A stretch of DNA of 61,230 nucleotides, the filler included, from Sphacelaria rigidula (taxonomy: Eukaryota), in assembly GCA_964200075.2 (NCBI GenBank). It is 10 parts of 10 records of this genome, joined end to end, with 100 filler letters (N's around TTAATTAATTAA, not from the genome) between each part and the next. Parts side by side here need not be neighbours in the genome. Positions count along the whole stretch, not along the records: positions 49,065 to 55,097 come from CAXNAA020022676.1; positions 55,198 to 61,230 come from CAXNAA020022677.1; 8 more parts are not named here. One strand, 5' to 3'. The notes below the pieces were generated by a model. The model saw only the letters and a list, made by a program, of their open reading frames with translations. It ran no database searches and had not been told where the DNA came from. The position numbers were made by a program, and so were the translations under genes. How positions within the stretch are numbered: the first letter of the stretch is position 1; the number at the start of each line of letters is the position of its first letter. This document shows positions 48,965 to 61,230 of the stretch, piece after piece.

Positions 48965-51423
48965 NNNNNNNNNNNNNNNNNNNNNNNNNNNNNNNNNNNN
49001 NNNNNNNNTTAATTAATTAANNNNNNNNNNNNNNNNNNNNNNNNNNNNNNNNNNNNNNNNNNNNCCGACAACAATCCCCGCGCTGGTCGTTCGGGTCTTG
49101 TCGATGAATTTCGCCTCGCTGTAATTGGGTAGGTCGCTCGAAGACTTATTTTTTATTATTCCACTAACACAGGGTCAACCCTATGTTAGTGGGGGTCCGG
49201 TCCCAAAAGGGTTGATGTGTGCTGTGCATCCTCGATTGGAATATATACTTAAACCGTGCTCGTTGATGTATATTCTGCCGTGTGAGTTATAGCAAAATAA
49301 CTCATGGGTGCATATGTTGGCCGCATCAGTTACAGAACATAAGTCAGGGGTGCATATTCTCGTCGGGGGGGGGTCAAAGCACACAATTTAACGTTGCACA
49401 TCATGGTCAGGTAGCTATACAACGTAACTCAGTGGTCCACATTCTGGCCGGGTGACGTGTAGAAATAACTCAGCGGTGCATATTCTGATCAGGTAAGTTG
49501 GGGAATATAACCCATCGGTGGAAGATCTGGCCGGGTGAGCTGTACCTCACAATATAAGGTACACAATACATCTCAGTGACTTCATCAGTTGTCCGGTTTC
49601 TGTCCAAGTGCAGCACATGCAAACTAATACCTAGGCAGACATACCGCTCATTTGCGAAACAACGGACCAGCCTGACAAAACAGTCTCTCTTCTCGGCTCG
49701 CGTTGCACCAGGCGGGAACCATTACTACATGCACAACGCACGGTAACCTAGCCTACAGACAGTAGTGTTGAGGTTACGATGTAGTAATACTGCAAAAGTG
49801 TCAGGTACACACAAAACGAAACGAACAATGCTTTCGTGCGATTGAAAGCAGAGGTTACAATTGAGAGTGAAAAGCATTCAATTAGTGAATGAACCGTTTG
49901 AGTTCCGAAATGCCCCGTCACGAGGCCCGATGTGCGTTCTGTAGTAGCTTGCCACAAAGGCCCTTGCTATCCCTCAGTAGGATATCGACGTGTAGCTGTA
50001 AGCACACGGCAATGATAGAGGCAACGAAAAGTACGCACGAAATGAAGAAATGACTACGTAAAAGCAAATCATCAAAGCCACTCTCAGTCCGCGCTGTACT
50101 CTCAATCTTACGAAAACGTTGTTAACGGTGGATAACACCTTCTTCTTTTTTTCTGAAATGAGCTCTCCAGCCTCGGGTTTCTTGGGGAACAGAGCCCCAA
50201 CGTCTTTTACCACGTGGAGTATCAAACGAGATCGGTGTCATGTGTTCGACAGCGCATACTCCTGTGACTATACGTCGCACGATTCGAGACACCAATCAGT
50301 CAAGAACTGATCCTGTGGGGGTATAGTACCCGAAAGGCCTCCGATTATAACGCCAAAGAGAAGCGGAGAAGCTTAGACGGATCTCACCTTCGTAGACGGT
50401 CCAGCTAAGGGGGGGGGGGGGAGACAATTTTACGCCCTTGCGATTGCATTCACAGTCTGATGACGCTTTCCTGTCTTCCAGCCGTCGACTAAGAATCTGC
50501 GGCCGGTATTTCATTCCCCTCGAGCAGAACAGCAGAACCTACTCTCAAGATTAGAACTAGTTCTGCAGCACGATCCAGCAGACCTGCTGGTCCAACCTCG
50601 GTCGAAGAACACATCTACCGCTTCCCAATTTCGATCATTCCTATCCAAGACTCTCGATCCCAGCAAAACATTATTCAGCCTGAACTTTTGAGGGGCGGCT
50701 CCACTGCTTCAAGGCATCAAGCCATCTCTTCTGATGGACATACCTGGCATGTTGGTATGACGGATTGAGTCAGCACTCACGCTGCGCGTCGATGTTCGTC
50801 AAATGCTTGTGTTAGCCCGTGTCCTCTGTGTCATTTTTTTATGACGAAACTCGAATGCGTGAAATGTGCAGAAAAAGGGTGTTCGAATTGGAACCCTCGA
50901 CTCCGCCCTCTACTAAGCCAGTCACACCACCGTGATGCTATAGCCTCGCGATGCTCGCTCAAGTCCAAAACAGAGGAATTGTATTGAAAAACGCAGAGCA
51001 GATGACAACTTACAGTTTTTAGTACGTACAGCGCTTCAGATGGTGGTTCGCTGTGCTACGGTACGAGAGCACACAGCGTGTAGGAGGGTCGAATTGTTGG
51101 GAACCCCCCATCTCATCCGAAGCGACCGATGAAATGTGCGAGCACGTGACGACTTGCATTCCTAATGGGCTAGAGGGATACCCCGATTGAAATTTGAAAC
51201 GACAATAAGTCCTGACCGATCTTCTTGTGTAGCTCCTAACTTGAGGCACCCCTGAATACGACGATCTGGGCCCTAATGTGAAGCCGCTACCACGGTCATC
51301 TAGAACTGAAAAGAAAAACAAAACCGCACCATCTGCGATGTGGCATGTGGGGCATGCCGGACTCGCTGTTTACATTGTTCAAAGTTTTCGCGGCAGGCGC
51401 GACACAATGAGCGGCGTGTTAGA

Positions 51424-51487
51424 TATACAACATATCCCAGGAGCTACCAGCCAGCGCTGGCTGGTAGCTCCTGGGATACGTTGCATA
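51424..51487. repeat. Palindrome: perfect 46-bp core, 32-bp arms with 2 mismatches
   Basis: tatcccaggagctaccagccagc|gctggctggtagctcctgggata (51433-51478). Confidence 0.95.
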
Positions 51488-51859
51488 CAGGCTGGTTCAC
51501 GGCAAAAAACCCCAAATACACTCGTCGGCAAAACTTCACGCCGTTTTAAGGAGTTAGATCCTGAAAAATTGCACAGGTGTTCTATTGGTCATTACGCAAT
51601 TTTGCGAGGACGAGGTTTTTTGTTGACTTCTTGATTCTTTCACAGTTTTTCCAGGGTCCCACTTTCGTCGGGAAAACTTCAATCCAGTCGAACCCCCGTA
51701 AAACGGCAAATATAAATATATGTATATATATAAAAGGACTTCTTCTTGCGAAGTTGCGTAATGATCCACAGAACATCTGTGCAAAATTTGAGGGTCTAAC
51801 TCCTTCAAACGGCGTGAAGGTTTTCGCGTTTGTGCGATGAACCTTGCCGTGCCACGGTG
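51488..51859. mobile_element. MITE-like element with long internal inverted arms
   Basis: cttcacgccgttttaaggagttagatcct..ttgcacagg..tcattacgcaa (~51534-51610) pairs with ~51745-51820. The ends share cacggcaa / ttgccgtg. A third arm-like copy lies at ~52140-52215. Confidence 0.55.
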
Positions 51860-53078
51860 AAACGGCAAACTACGAGATTTTGATATGAAAATGGCGTTTC
51901 AGGGCCTTTTTCGACGACGTGAACATGAAATTCAAGCACCAGTTAATCGAGTTTGGCCACGAAACTCTGTGGGGTTTTTCCTTGGGTGTGCGGCGGACGA
52001 GAGTTCGCGAAACAATTGAAAAAAAAAACTGTTTTCCCGGTTTTCCGGGGTCCCAGAATGGAGGACCTCGAAAAAGCGACCAGGATCCCGTCGGACCCCC
52101 GAAAAACGGTAAAATTTCAATATATAGAAAAAAACTCGTTGATCGAAACTTGCGTGATAATTTACAGCACATTTGTGCAAAGCTTCAGGGTCTAGCTCCT
52201 AATAAATGCGTCAAGATTGCGCGTATGTGCGAGGATGTGAGGTGAAAACGTGCAAACTCCTGATTACTTGGTTTGAGTATCAGAACATATTTTAGGGTAT
52301 ATTTTACGTCAAGGCAGGAAAAGTTGTATGAGATTTTCGAGTTTTTCCACCGAAAATTGTACATGTGTTTCTTGGACCATCCTGGGATGCATCATGTTAA
52401 TTAGTCTTCTGTTCAGTCGTTCTGTATCGCCTTCTGGGGGTCTTTGTACTGGAACCCCCGGAAGCCGGTAGAGAACGGAAAAACTTTGAACCTTTGTCAA
52501 GAACACAATTTTTCAATTTGGAGCATCAATACCTCCGGAACTGCCAACTTTGAGGATGATCTGAGCTTTTCTACAACAGATATATGGGAAATCGTCGCGA
52601 GGCTCCCTGAGTCTTTCCTGCGTATTATCATGAGTGGAATTTGGACGACGCCAAACTTCACGTCACCAAAACATAATTACGGTTTCGGGTATAATTCGAC
52701 CCCGTTGGAACCGTTTTCAAATCCGTTTCTCCCGTTAGACTCTCGGGGTGGTGGTCACTACGATTTGAAACATGTGGGGATCCGGTGGAAATTGGGCTTG
52801 GAATTCGTATTTTCAATTTCGGAACAGTTTGAAAGGCGCTGATTGGTCCAGACACATTTTTGTCCAGAGCGCCACCGCTATAGCCTTAAAAACAAATCCG
52901 GCTATGTCACCCTGTTCGTCTGTTCATTGCGGTCAGTATGATACCATGTATGCAACTATTGAGTGCGTATTGCAGAAGGTATTTATGTGCTGATGATATA
53001 TATATATTTTTTTCCCGTGAGCCAGCCTGTACCTAACAAAAGTGCAACCCGGGTTCGATCCCTCCGAGAGCATCTTAA

Positions 53079-53175
53079 CCCTTAGACGGCGAGAGTAGGC
53101 CACCTGTTGAATCGGCATACATTCCACTCGAAAAAAGTATGATCCATTTGGACTAATCTCGTCGCGGTCTAGGGG
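53079..53175. mobile_element. 97-bp piggyBac-like MITE with TTAA target duplication
   Basis: TTAA|cccttagacggcgag ... gtcgcggtctagggg|TTAA; TIR match 12/15, CCC...GGG ends. Confidence 0.7.
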
Positions 53176-53396
53176 TTAACGCCTTCTTCTTCTGCAGAAG
53201 AAGATACAGTCTGAGTAAAAGTCTGGGATACACACCTGAAAGTATGGTACACATCGCCAGTTCTCAGGATGAAGAACCATGTCGCCGCCTGGAAGCTGGC
53301 GAACCGCTTGTGGCAGCGCTGATTAGGGGGATTACAAACCTCGGGTATGAAGCGGAGGCCGACAGTCTAACCAGCCGTCGGAACTCGTGTACTTTC

Positions 53397-53477
53397 GTTA
53401 GATATACAATAGACTCACTACAGTAAGCTATCAGTCAGCGCTGACTGATAGTTTAGTGGATATTGTGTATATCTAAC
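53397..53477. repeat. 81-bp foldback element with perfect 24-bp palindromic centre
   Basis: gttagatatacaata...ctatcagtcagc|gctgactgatag...tattgtgtatatctaac. Confidence 0.9.
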
Positions 53478-55309
53478 AGCGAGATGAAAGATATGGTCAG
53501 AGTGAGGATCCTAATTGTATATAACACAACATTCGTGAGATTCAGAACGTCGTTAGTTGCAGATTCAGAGTGGATGCTGTAGCGTTCCCAACAGGCAACA
53601 TTTTGTTTTTGTTTTTACTTGAGCACACGTCCTGTGCATGCAGCCACCGTACAGTACCCCATGCAAGGCATTCGGGGGTCTGGTAGGTGAGATACCGCAC
53701 AAAGCATTTTTACGCTTGGGGGGCATATCGGAACTGAAACTGTTTCGGGCACTAATCGGTTTTTCCTTAAAAAGGGGATATTTTGTTGCAATGGACTGAC
53801 CACGTCGTTGCGATCAAGTGATGCGTCAAATTGATCGTGTAGGTGACAGCTTTCATTGAAGCCACCGCTTCACCAGCTGGGCGCATTACTCCTTGAAGTG
53901 TGGCGACGTCAAAATGGACGGGAAAGTCAATTGTTTCGGGTCTGACTCTGAATGTGAAACCACTTTCTGACTCACGAATAACAATGTTATTCGTGAGATT
54001 GAGAATCTACGATACGATTGAGAGCAGGCTTTTCATGGCTTTCAGTGGCCGGGTGTCTGCATCATGAATGGACAAAACGCTTACCTCGCACATTGTTGCA
54101 AAATCCTGCCGGCAAACCTGACAATGTTTCCGTGAAATCGAGCGTTGAATGTACGATTGAGAGTAAGGTTTTATTCATAACATGTCTCGCTGCGCCGGTT
54201 CCGATGATGAGACGAACAATTTACATGTGTAGCATGTTGGAACATTCCTGCCACCCGTTGCCTGAATGGAATGGCAGAATCTTGTTTCAAAGTGTTGCGC
54301 ACTGGCCCACAGGTGGCATTTGTGGAAAAATGCAACGTTCAAGATATCTCCAAAGTAGTGTGAGTCGTGCGGTTCGAGTAAAAGATACGATTTAGCCAGG
54401 TTGTGCCCGAATTCATTCGCAAATGCAGTAGATGCCACCACTCGTCGTGTGGACTTGGGACTCGTGGATATCTTGAAATCACTTTTCTGTTCAACAATTT
54501 CGCCGCCGTTTCCGTCGTTGTTTTTGAAAGCGCAAGTTATCGCTTGTGATATGATGCTGATATCCCGCCTTTTCGTGCCGAGAATAGTCGCAAAACGTGG
54601 TGGGACCCTGGATTCTGTTCCATGATCTCACCCTCGGTGGCAACGAATCAGAACAAATTCTCTTGCACGAAGCCAATGGTGCGCCTCCCGTCCATGAGCT
54701 GCAGCAAATCGATTTTGCCAGGGACTCTCGCCAACCGCATCGGATTTCCGAAAATGCACTCGAAAACATGTGCCGACGGCCCCATCAAGAACAGCTGATA
54801 AGCCATCAACACGGGAAAACAAATACTACCGCATCAGCAAATGGACTGCAAACCACCGGAAGCACTTGGAACTGGCTAACCATAAACAAAACGTCATGCT
54901 GTGCTGAACAGCAATCAACGGTACAACGAACACCGGACGCTGGGTCTCGGTTGACTCCAAGACCGTCGCTCCTGCTCCACCTCTACCCCATCCGTGGTCT
55001 CCTCCTTGAGGGACAGTATGTGGAGTGTGGCGAAATCACGCCATCACGATTGAGTATGTAGTGGATCCTGGATGATGACCAGGGGACAATGGCATCCNNN
55101 NNNNNNNNNNNNNNNNNNNNNNNNNNNNNNNNNNNNNNNNNTTAATTAATTAANNNNNNNNNNNNNNNNNNNNNNNNNNNNNNNNNNNNNNNNNNNNCAT
55201 TACTTCTCTTCCTTCCCCCCCTCCCCCCCCTCTCCCCTCTCGTTTTTTCCCTGTTTTCTCTGCGGCTTTGGGGGGGGGGGGGGGGGGGCTTTCGTAGAAA
55301 GTGTCAGTT

Positions 55310-57222
55310 ATGCCTTCCGAATCAACGGCAGCGTGGAGCCATTGTGGTTCGGTCTATGTTGGATTCTGGCGCCCATTTCACTAGTCTGCCGGTGTAGATG
55401 GTTGAGATGCTGGAGCGTCAACTCCCGGGTGTGCCGCTGCGTATCCCGTTTTCGCTTGGGGCGCGGCAGACAGTCATCGCGTCGGGTCAGCATGTTTCAG
55501 TCACGGAGCGTACTGTTCCGTTGCAGCTAGTCTTCAAGACTGCTTGGGGGCTGGTGCCGTTGCCTCCGATCTTGTTTGCGATTATACCAGCGTCGGATGG
55601 CGTTGTACTTCTGGAGCTGCCGACGCTACAGGATTTAGGAGTCGACCCACATGAGCGGTTGAAGGACTCTATCAAGACGCGGATCCGCCTGGTGCGCACG
55701 TGGAGTCGCCCGCCTTTTGGGCAGTCGTCGAGTGAGTTTGTCGGTGGACGCTTTTCAGGAGGATGGAGGGCAGGTGACCGAGGAGCAGGATGCGGCGGTG
55801 GAATGCTTAGTAGAGCGCGGCTCGGAGATGTTTATGATTCCGGCGGAAGAGGAGTCCGCTCGGAAGGTCTCGCTGGAGGAGAGCGTGACGGATGCTGTGG
55901 CGAAAAGCCTCAGCGTGTCAACAGCGGAGCGCCTGCGCGGCATATTGCATTGCCGCGTCAACGCGCTTCGTTGTGTGCTGCGGGGGGATCCCCCTGCGCG
56001 CGTGGAGCCCATGCATGTTCAGCTGAAACCTGGGACGTCCGCGGTGAAGACGAAGCCGTGGCGGTACGATCCAGTGAAGTCGAGTTGGTTGGCGTTGTGC
56101 ATGGCGGCTCTTTTGGCGCTCGGGTTGATGCCACGGAATTTGCAGGCGGGGTGGTCCAGTCCAGATATGGCGCTACCGAAGAAGGCTGCATCGTGGACCG
56201 AGGGCAGGCTGCAGGCGTGGGCGGCAGCGAAGGATCTGGTGGCTCATGCCGTGACGCTATTCCATCCTCGTCCTGATTGTCAGGTGTTACGTTCCCGGAT
56301 GCATTTGAGTGTCATCAGGGTAGTTTGGTCATGCAGGTGCCTGCAGTTGAAATTGAAATGCCTGTGCGCGCTGTTGCTGTGTATGGTCCGTGTGAACCTG
56401 ATGACTCGATGCCGTCCAAATCTGTTGTCCGCCAAGCGCAACGAAACGAACTTGTGGCCGAAGATCCGGATGTGCAATCTTTCGAGTCGGACGTTGGTAC
56501 CGCTATCTTGGACACTGCAGGTCTGTTCTGTGTGCATGTGCGTGGCCGAAACGTTTTGTGGATTCCGAGTTCTGACAAGCAGTTGCAGGTGCGTCTGATG
56601 ATTTGCGCGCACAAGCGCGACGCCGGGCATCGTAGTGTGGCTGCGACGCTCGTACGCTTGCAAGATTTTTGTGTCTGACAGGGGATAGAAACTCATGTGC
56701 GCGAATTTGTCCGCCAGTGTCTTCACTGTGCTGACCCGAGGGCGGGCGATGTTGTTCCCCGCCTGCTCGGTGAGACGGTCCGTGGGACCACGCCGAATGA
56801 AATCGTTCATTTTGACTTCATGTACTTGGGCGAGAGTGGCCCGCTAGCTTCCCAAGGTTTGTCGGAGGATGCTGGGTTTCGATAAATTCTGGTAATCATG
56901 GATGATTTGAGCAACTTTGTGGCTCTGGAACCAGTAGCAGTGTGTACTGCCGAATCGACCGCTGCATCAATTGGTGCAAAACTTTGGGGGTACCGCGTGT
57001 GTGGGTGAGTGATACCGCCACGCATTTCGAGAGCACGATCTTGACCCGCTTGCGAGAGGCATTACACGTTGATCACCGGTTTACGGTGGCATATTCCCCG
57101 TGGTCTAACTTCACCTGCGAACGCATGGTCAAGGAAGTAGTTTGTGCTCTTCGCTCTATTCTTCTCGAGCAGCGTAGAGCAGTGTCCGAGTGGGTGGACG
57201 TGTTGCCGGCGGTGCAATGGGC
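55310..57222 (+). mobile_element. Ty3/Gypsy pol remnant (protease, RT and RNase H stumps, integrase), related to 9027-12077
   Basis: LDSGA at ~55359; LRGDPPARVEP..ALPKK; FPDA; AH..AGHR..CLHC; HFDFMY; VSDTATHF; CERMVKE..LPAVQWA. It ends at the inserted LTR. Confidence 0.92.
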
Positions 57223-57484
57223 TGTAGACTTCTGTCACTCAAAATCAGATTGCCATGTGGACTCCTCCCATCACGGGCACATGGACTTCAGCAGCTTTAG
57301 TTATTCATATATTAACCCTCAGCNNNNNNNNNNAGGAGAACAGGACCATAGCCTCTCTCCACCAGAGTAGCAAAATCAAGCCTACTCGTCATGGAGGTCA
57401 CCATCACAGAGTGCGACAATCAGACCCGCAACTCCACCTACAAATGTCCCCAACGTTAGATAACAATGGTGGCTAGAGTCTACA
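57223..57484 (-). repeat. 3' LTR (TGTAGACT...AGTCTACA, ~262 bp including a 10-N gap)
   Basis: Perfect 8-bp terminal inverted repeat; PPT-like TTTGGGGGTGC upstream. 57229-57322 differs from 61125-61219 at one position. Confidence 0.85.
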
Positions 57485-59998
57485 GCACCCCCAAAGCTCT
57501 CTACTACCAACAAGTAGTTGCATCAGAGCTTGACAAACTCAGACATCATTGGTGCCTGATAGTACCGTCGTTTCCCGCAAAGAAATGCAATCTCTTCCGC
57601 TGGTCTCGACAACAGCTTCATTCAAGCTTGCCCCTCTTTCGAACAACTCGCAAGAGATTCCAAGAAAATATCGCCCATCATGAACATGCAATCACGCTAC
57701 TTGCACCACTTCGAGTTACAAAGCGATGGCTGGCGCCGAATTCTCAAATATTCGCCCAAAACAAGTCTCTTGACTCTTCATCGGCACGAAACCGGAAATG
57801 TCAGCGAACGTCAAATTCCAGAGCATTCGTGACTCATCGCTTCTCTCATCCGAGACAAGGTATTTCTCGACATACAAAATGCACGTTTTGTACGTTCAAC
57901 ACCTGCGCGACGGAGTGCAACAGCCAAATGATACATCATCCTCACGCTAGAAGTAAATAAGCACCCAACGCGTCTAAAACGCACCTAACCTCTTGCTTCT
58001 GCAACACCGTAAATAACGTATGCATCGCATGCCTCCCCGCCGTCAAAGCTTCAATGCTTCAACTTGCCATCGTTTCATTAAGACAAAGGAAAGCCATGAC
58101 TCAAACAGCTATTCAAGTAATGCATACTAATCCAACGACGGCGAATGGACCTCGACCTCCGCCATCATTCATCACCCCTCGTGATCTCGTTTTCGGCCTA
58201 CGCATTTCGTATCTTTCAGCTCATTTTCACGCTAACAGCAGGTGTCACCGTCTCCTATACAGTCAGTACGAGCCTACGCATTTCGTAGTTTTTCTCATTT
58301 TCACGCTAACGGCAGCAATCCATATATCCTGCGGTCAGTACGTGCAAACCGCACAAATATGATTCGACTGTGTTCCTACGCGAGTAAGATTATACGAGGT
58401 TCACTCCATTTAGCATACAGCAGTATATTGAAAACTGCCCCACCCTAGGTCGTCACCAGATACCATTCATATCAGTACCACTCGAGCAAAAAATTGCACA
58501 TGCCTACCAAAATTCCACTCAGCATATAAAATCCGCAATTACATGCCAATAATCCGTTCAGCACATGCAATGCCACCTTTCTCGCAGCAAACACCATGCA
58601 TCGTCCGTGCCAACCAGATCAGTGCAACACACACATGTCAAATACCCACGTGTACGCCAGAGGTTTACCCTGCACACGCGATACGATCATACTCGCTCAA
58701 CAACCATGTTTTATGCGTAAGCATGACCACAAACCACACAATAACAAGCTGAAATCATTCTCAAAATGATTCGCGAATACCAGTCATAATTTGTCTCCTC
58801 ATTCTCAATAACCTCTCAATCACCACAGCACTTGCTCCTCAACATCAGTACCCAACTCGGCGCTCACCATAACAGCGAACACCTCAGGTAATGCCTTCTT
58901 TGTAGTCCTCCAGCCCGCTCCTGAGAAACTGCAGCACTCGAACCACAACCCAGTGCACAGCGTAAGGCACCCTGTCCTTTCGGACCCTCTCTCCTTGCAC
59001 CTTCAGTCTTGCTACACCTGGCACCCCCATGGTGTAGCTCAACACGCCGCTCAAAGGTATGTTCGCACCGCCGAACCAATGCGACAGATCCTCCGTCCCC
59101 ACAAATGCTTGCGCATTCACGAACGCTCGTTCTCCAGTCGCTTTTACAGAAGAAAAAAGAGGCGAAACGGAAATAGCTACACAGTCCCGAACAGCAACAC
59201 CTCCTGATGGCACACTATCCTCCTCAAACACCCCGCGGCGAAACAGTGGAGACACCTCCGCCATCGCCGCCAAATACGCCAAACCTGTCCATGTAAGCAG
59301 TAGTGCACACGACCACCCCAAGACCACGCGCGCTTGTCATCGCCGTCAGAATTGTGATCGCTAACAGCATCACGAGCTTGCAGCTCGCTCTGCGTACCCG
59401 CTTCACGTGGGTCACACGCCCCTGTTGTTTCGGTCATGTAAAGCGTGTCCACAGCTACGCGCTGCTCCGGCAGCAATTCCGCCAACCCGGCATCCACCTG
59501 TCCTTCAAGCAGACACCCCTGCGAATCATCTGAACGATCTCCCGCCATGTCACTGGCGCAGATAGATTCATCCTGAGCATCGCAAGCCCCAAGCTTGCTC
59601 TGCTCACTCTCATCACGAAGATAACACCCCCTTGCAGCGGTGAGCATGCAAGGTGTGTCCCCAATCACGCTCTGGTCCGGCGGCCACAAGCAACCTGGGC
59701 ATTTGCCGCTCAGCGCTAGCTCATCGGAGCAAATTGGTTTCAGCCACCACCTCCTACTCAGCGCACTCCTGAACGGCAACAGCGGCAGCTGAGCTGCCTG
59801 CAGTCCGCTCGAGCTGCGTGGCATGTTCGCCCTCTCTAACAGCAATACCAGCAGCATCCAAACCACTGCTTACCGTGGTACTGTCGGCGGGCGCGCTCTC
59901 ATACCTACCCGTTTCGACAGGCACGTGCTGCGTCTCCTTCCCGCTCTGCACAGTGGAAACAGTTGTCCTGCATCGTGGTTTAAGACGCGCCCTACCGA

Positions 59999-60293
59999 CT
60001 GCACGTTCAGCGGGTGCACTATCGCGCCTATCACCTCGGGCAGACACATGCTTCTCGGCTGTCACAGCGCAAGCACCTGCCCTGTATCGTTGTTTAAACG
60101 CGCAGCACCTCTGCACGTTCCGCGGGTGCACTGCCGTGCCTGTCCCCTCGGGCAGACACATGTTTCTCGGCTGTCACAGGGCAAGCAGCTGCCCTGTATC
60201 GTTGTTTCAAACGTGTACCACCTTCTGCACGTTCGGCGGGTGCACTGTCGTGCCTGCCCCCTCGGGCAGACACATGCTTCTCGGCTTTCACAG
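59999..60293. repeat. 2.6 x 114-bp (38-codon) tandem repeat in the gag-like ORF
   Basis: ctgcacgttc occurs at 59999, 60111 and 60225. Peptide TAEKHVSARGDRHGSAPAERAEGGTRLKQRYRAAACPV; one unit is 112 bp, causing a frameshift. Confidence 0.9.
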
Positions 60294-61230
60294 TACAATG
60301 CGCCCCACCGGGCGGCGCATGCTTGCGCAACGCGAAAAGCAACTGCTCGTCCTCAACATCATAATCATGTTTCAAGAACGTGTCACGCAGACATTTCGCA
60401 ATATGTTTCGGCATGAGCTCAGAAATTGCTGCCACCTCAAAGAGGTTTGTCCACCGCGCGTTCACCTGATCTACATCCCGCAAATATTTCTCGTATTTGC
60501 GTAAAAACTCGGCCGATTTCTCGCTCGAAAACTTGCGGCCGTAGTACGGCATCTCCAGCGCCAGTACAGGAACAACACGACCATCGACGATGACGTATTC
60601 CTGCACCTCATCCATTTCGGTCAGCAGTACAGCACTCCACACCGCCTTTTTGAAAAACGAAGTCGCCTCCCACTAACAGCAACAACACCTCTTTCCATTC
60701 ACCGAGACGCGCTGTACCACCTTTCAATGACAATGGCCCCAGCGCCTCTTCCTCACGCAGGTCTCACCACGTGTTTGAAGTCCTTAGACTCCTCTTCCTG
60801 GCCGTACCTGGCCAAGCGCGGAACAAGCAACGGTCGCTGGCTCCACCAGGCAGTAATCGCCCCACTTGTTTTGGAACGCTCACGGAGTCGCCAGCTGTCG
60901 ATGAACGCCCCGCACCTCACGCACGAGCGATACCACAGCCCGCCCTAGCGCTGCCTCAGAACCTCCTCGGCTCTACTTCTCCAACTCCTCGCGATGTTAA
61001 CACGCCTTGAGCTCGTCTTGTTTTTTGAAAACTGATCAGGCCTGCAGACTTCCCTATCTTGAAGTGTCAGCTGCTTTTCAGCGGATCTACCGCCATCAGC
61101 GGACAAAATGAACGTAATTATAGGCTTCTGTCACTCAAAATCAGATTGCCATGTGGACTCCTCCCATCACGGGCACATGGACTTCAGCAGCTTTAGTTAT
61201 TCATATATTAACTCTCAGCATAGTACAGGA

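Larger units (their letters stand above)
57223..61230 (-). mobile_element. Non-autonomous LTR retroelement (gag-like ORF, no recognisable pol) nested in the Gypsy integrase
   Basis: Two direct LTRs (the 5' one, 61119-61230, is cut by the window end) enclose 3.6 kb with gag-like ORF 60094-60642. No protease, RT or integrase motifs seen. Confidence 0.75.

Noticed and set aside
54000..54600. Cys-rich minus-strand frame (CYTC, CQVC) as a zinc-finger or transposase gene
   Set aside because: Interrupted by stops; no recognisable domain pattern or splice structure.

Overview
Eukaryotic, repeat-rich DNA, most likely from a stramenopile (brown alga by inference from the 5S-like fragment, WVDD-type chromoviruses, RTE LINEs, a YR retroelement and short exons in long introns). 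The window is not one locus. It is ten 6033-bp contigs joined by artificial 100-bp N/TTAATTAATTAA/N spacers, so nothing can be linked across a spacer. Supportable host-gene content is small: two GT-AG exons of a CRAL-TRIO/Sec14-domain gene (contig 1) and one exon of a rhodanese/sulfurtransferase gene (contig 6). The rest is mostly decayed or nested mobile DNA: chromoviral Ty3/Gypsy elements, a non-autonomous LTR element, a DIRS/Ngaro-type tyrosine-recombinase retrotransposon, RTE LINE ends, tRNA-like SINEs, several TIR elements/MITEs and a ~30 x 103-bp satellite. The most interesting signals are a 5S-rRNA-derived foldback element, a pair of palindromes with compensatory changes, transposon-like termini sitting in G-tracts, Gypsy elements without a tRNA-type primer site, a YR element with young repeats but dead ORFs, and a 1.1-kb palindrome with coding-like arms. 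No database search was run; identities are estimates by eye. I see no complete, intact novel protein-coding system.
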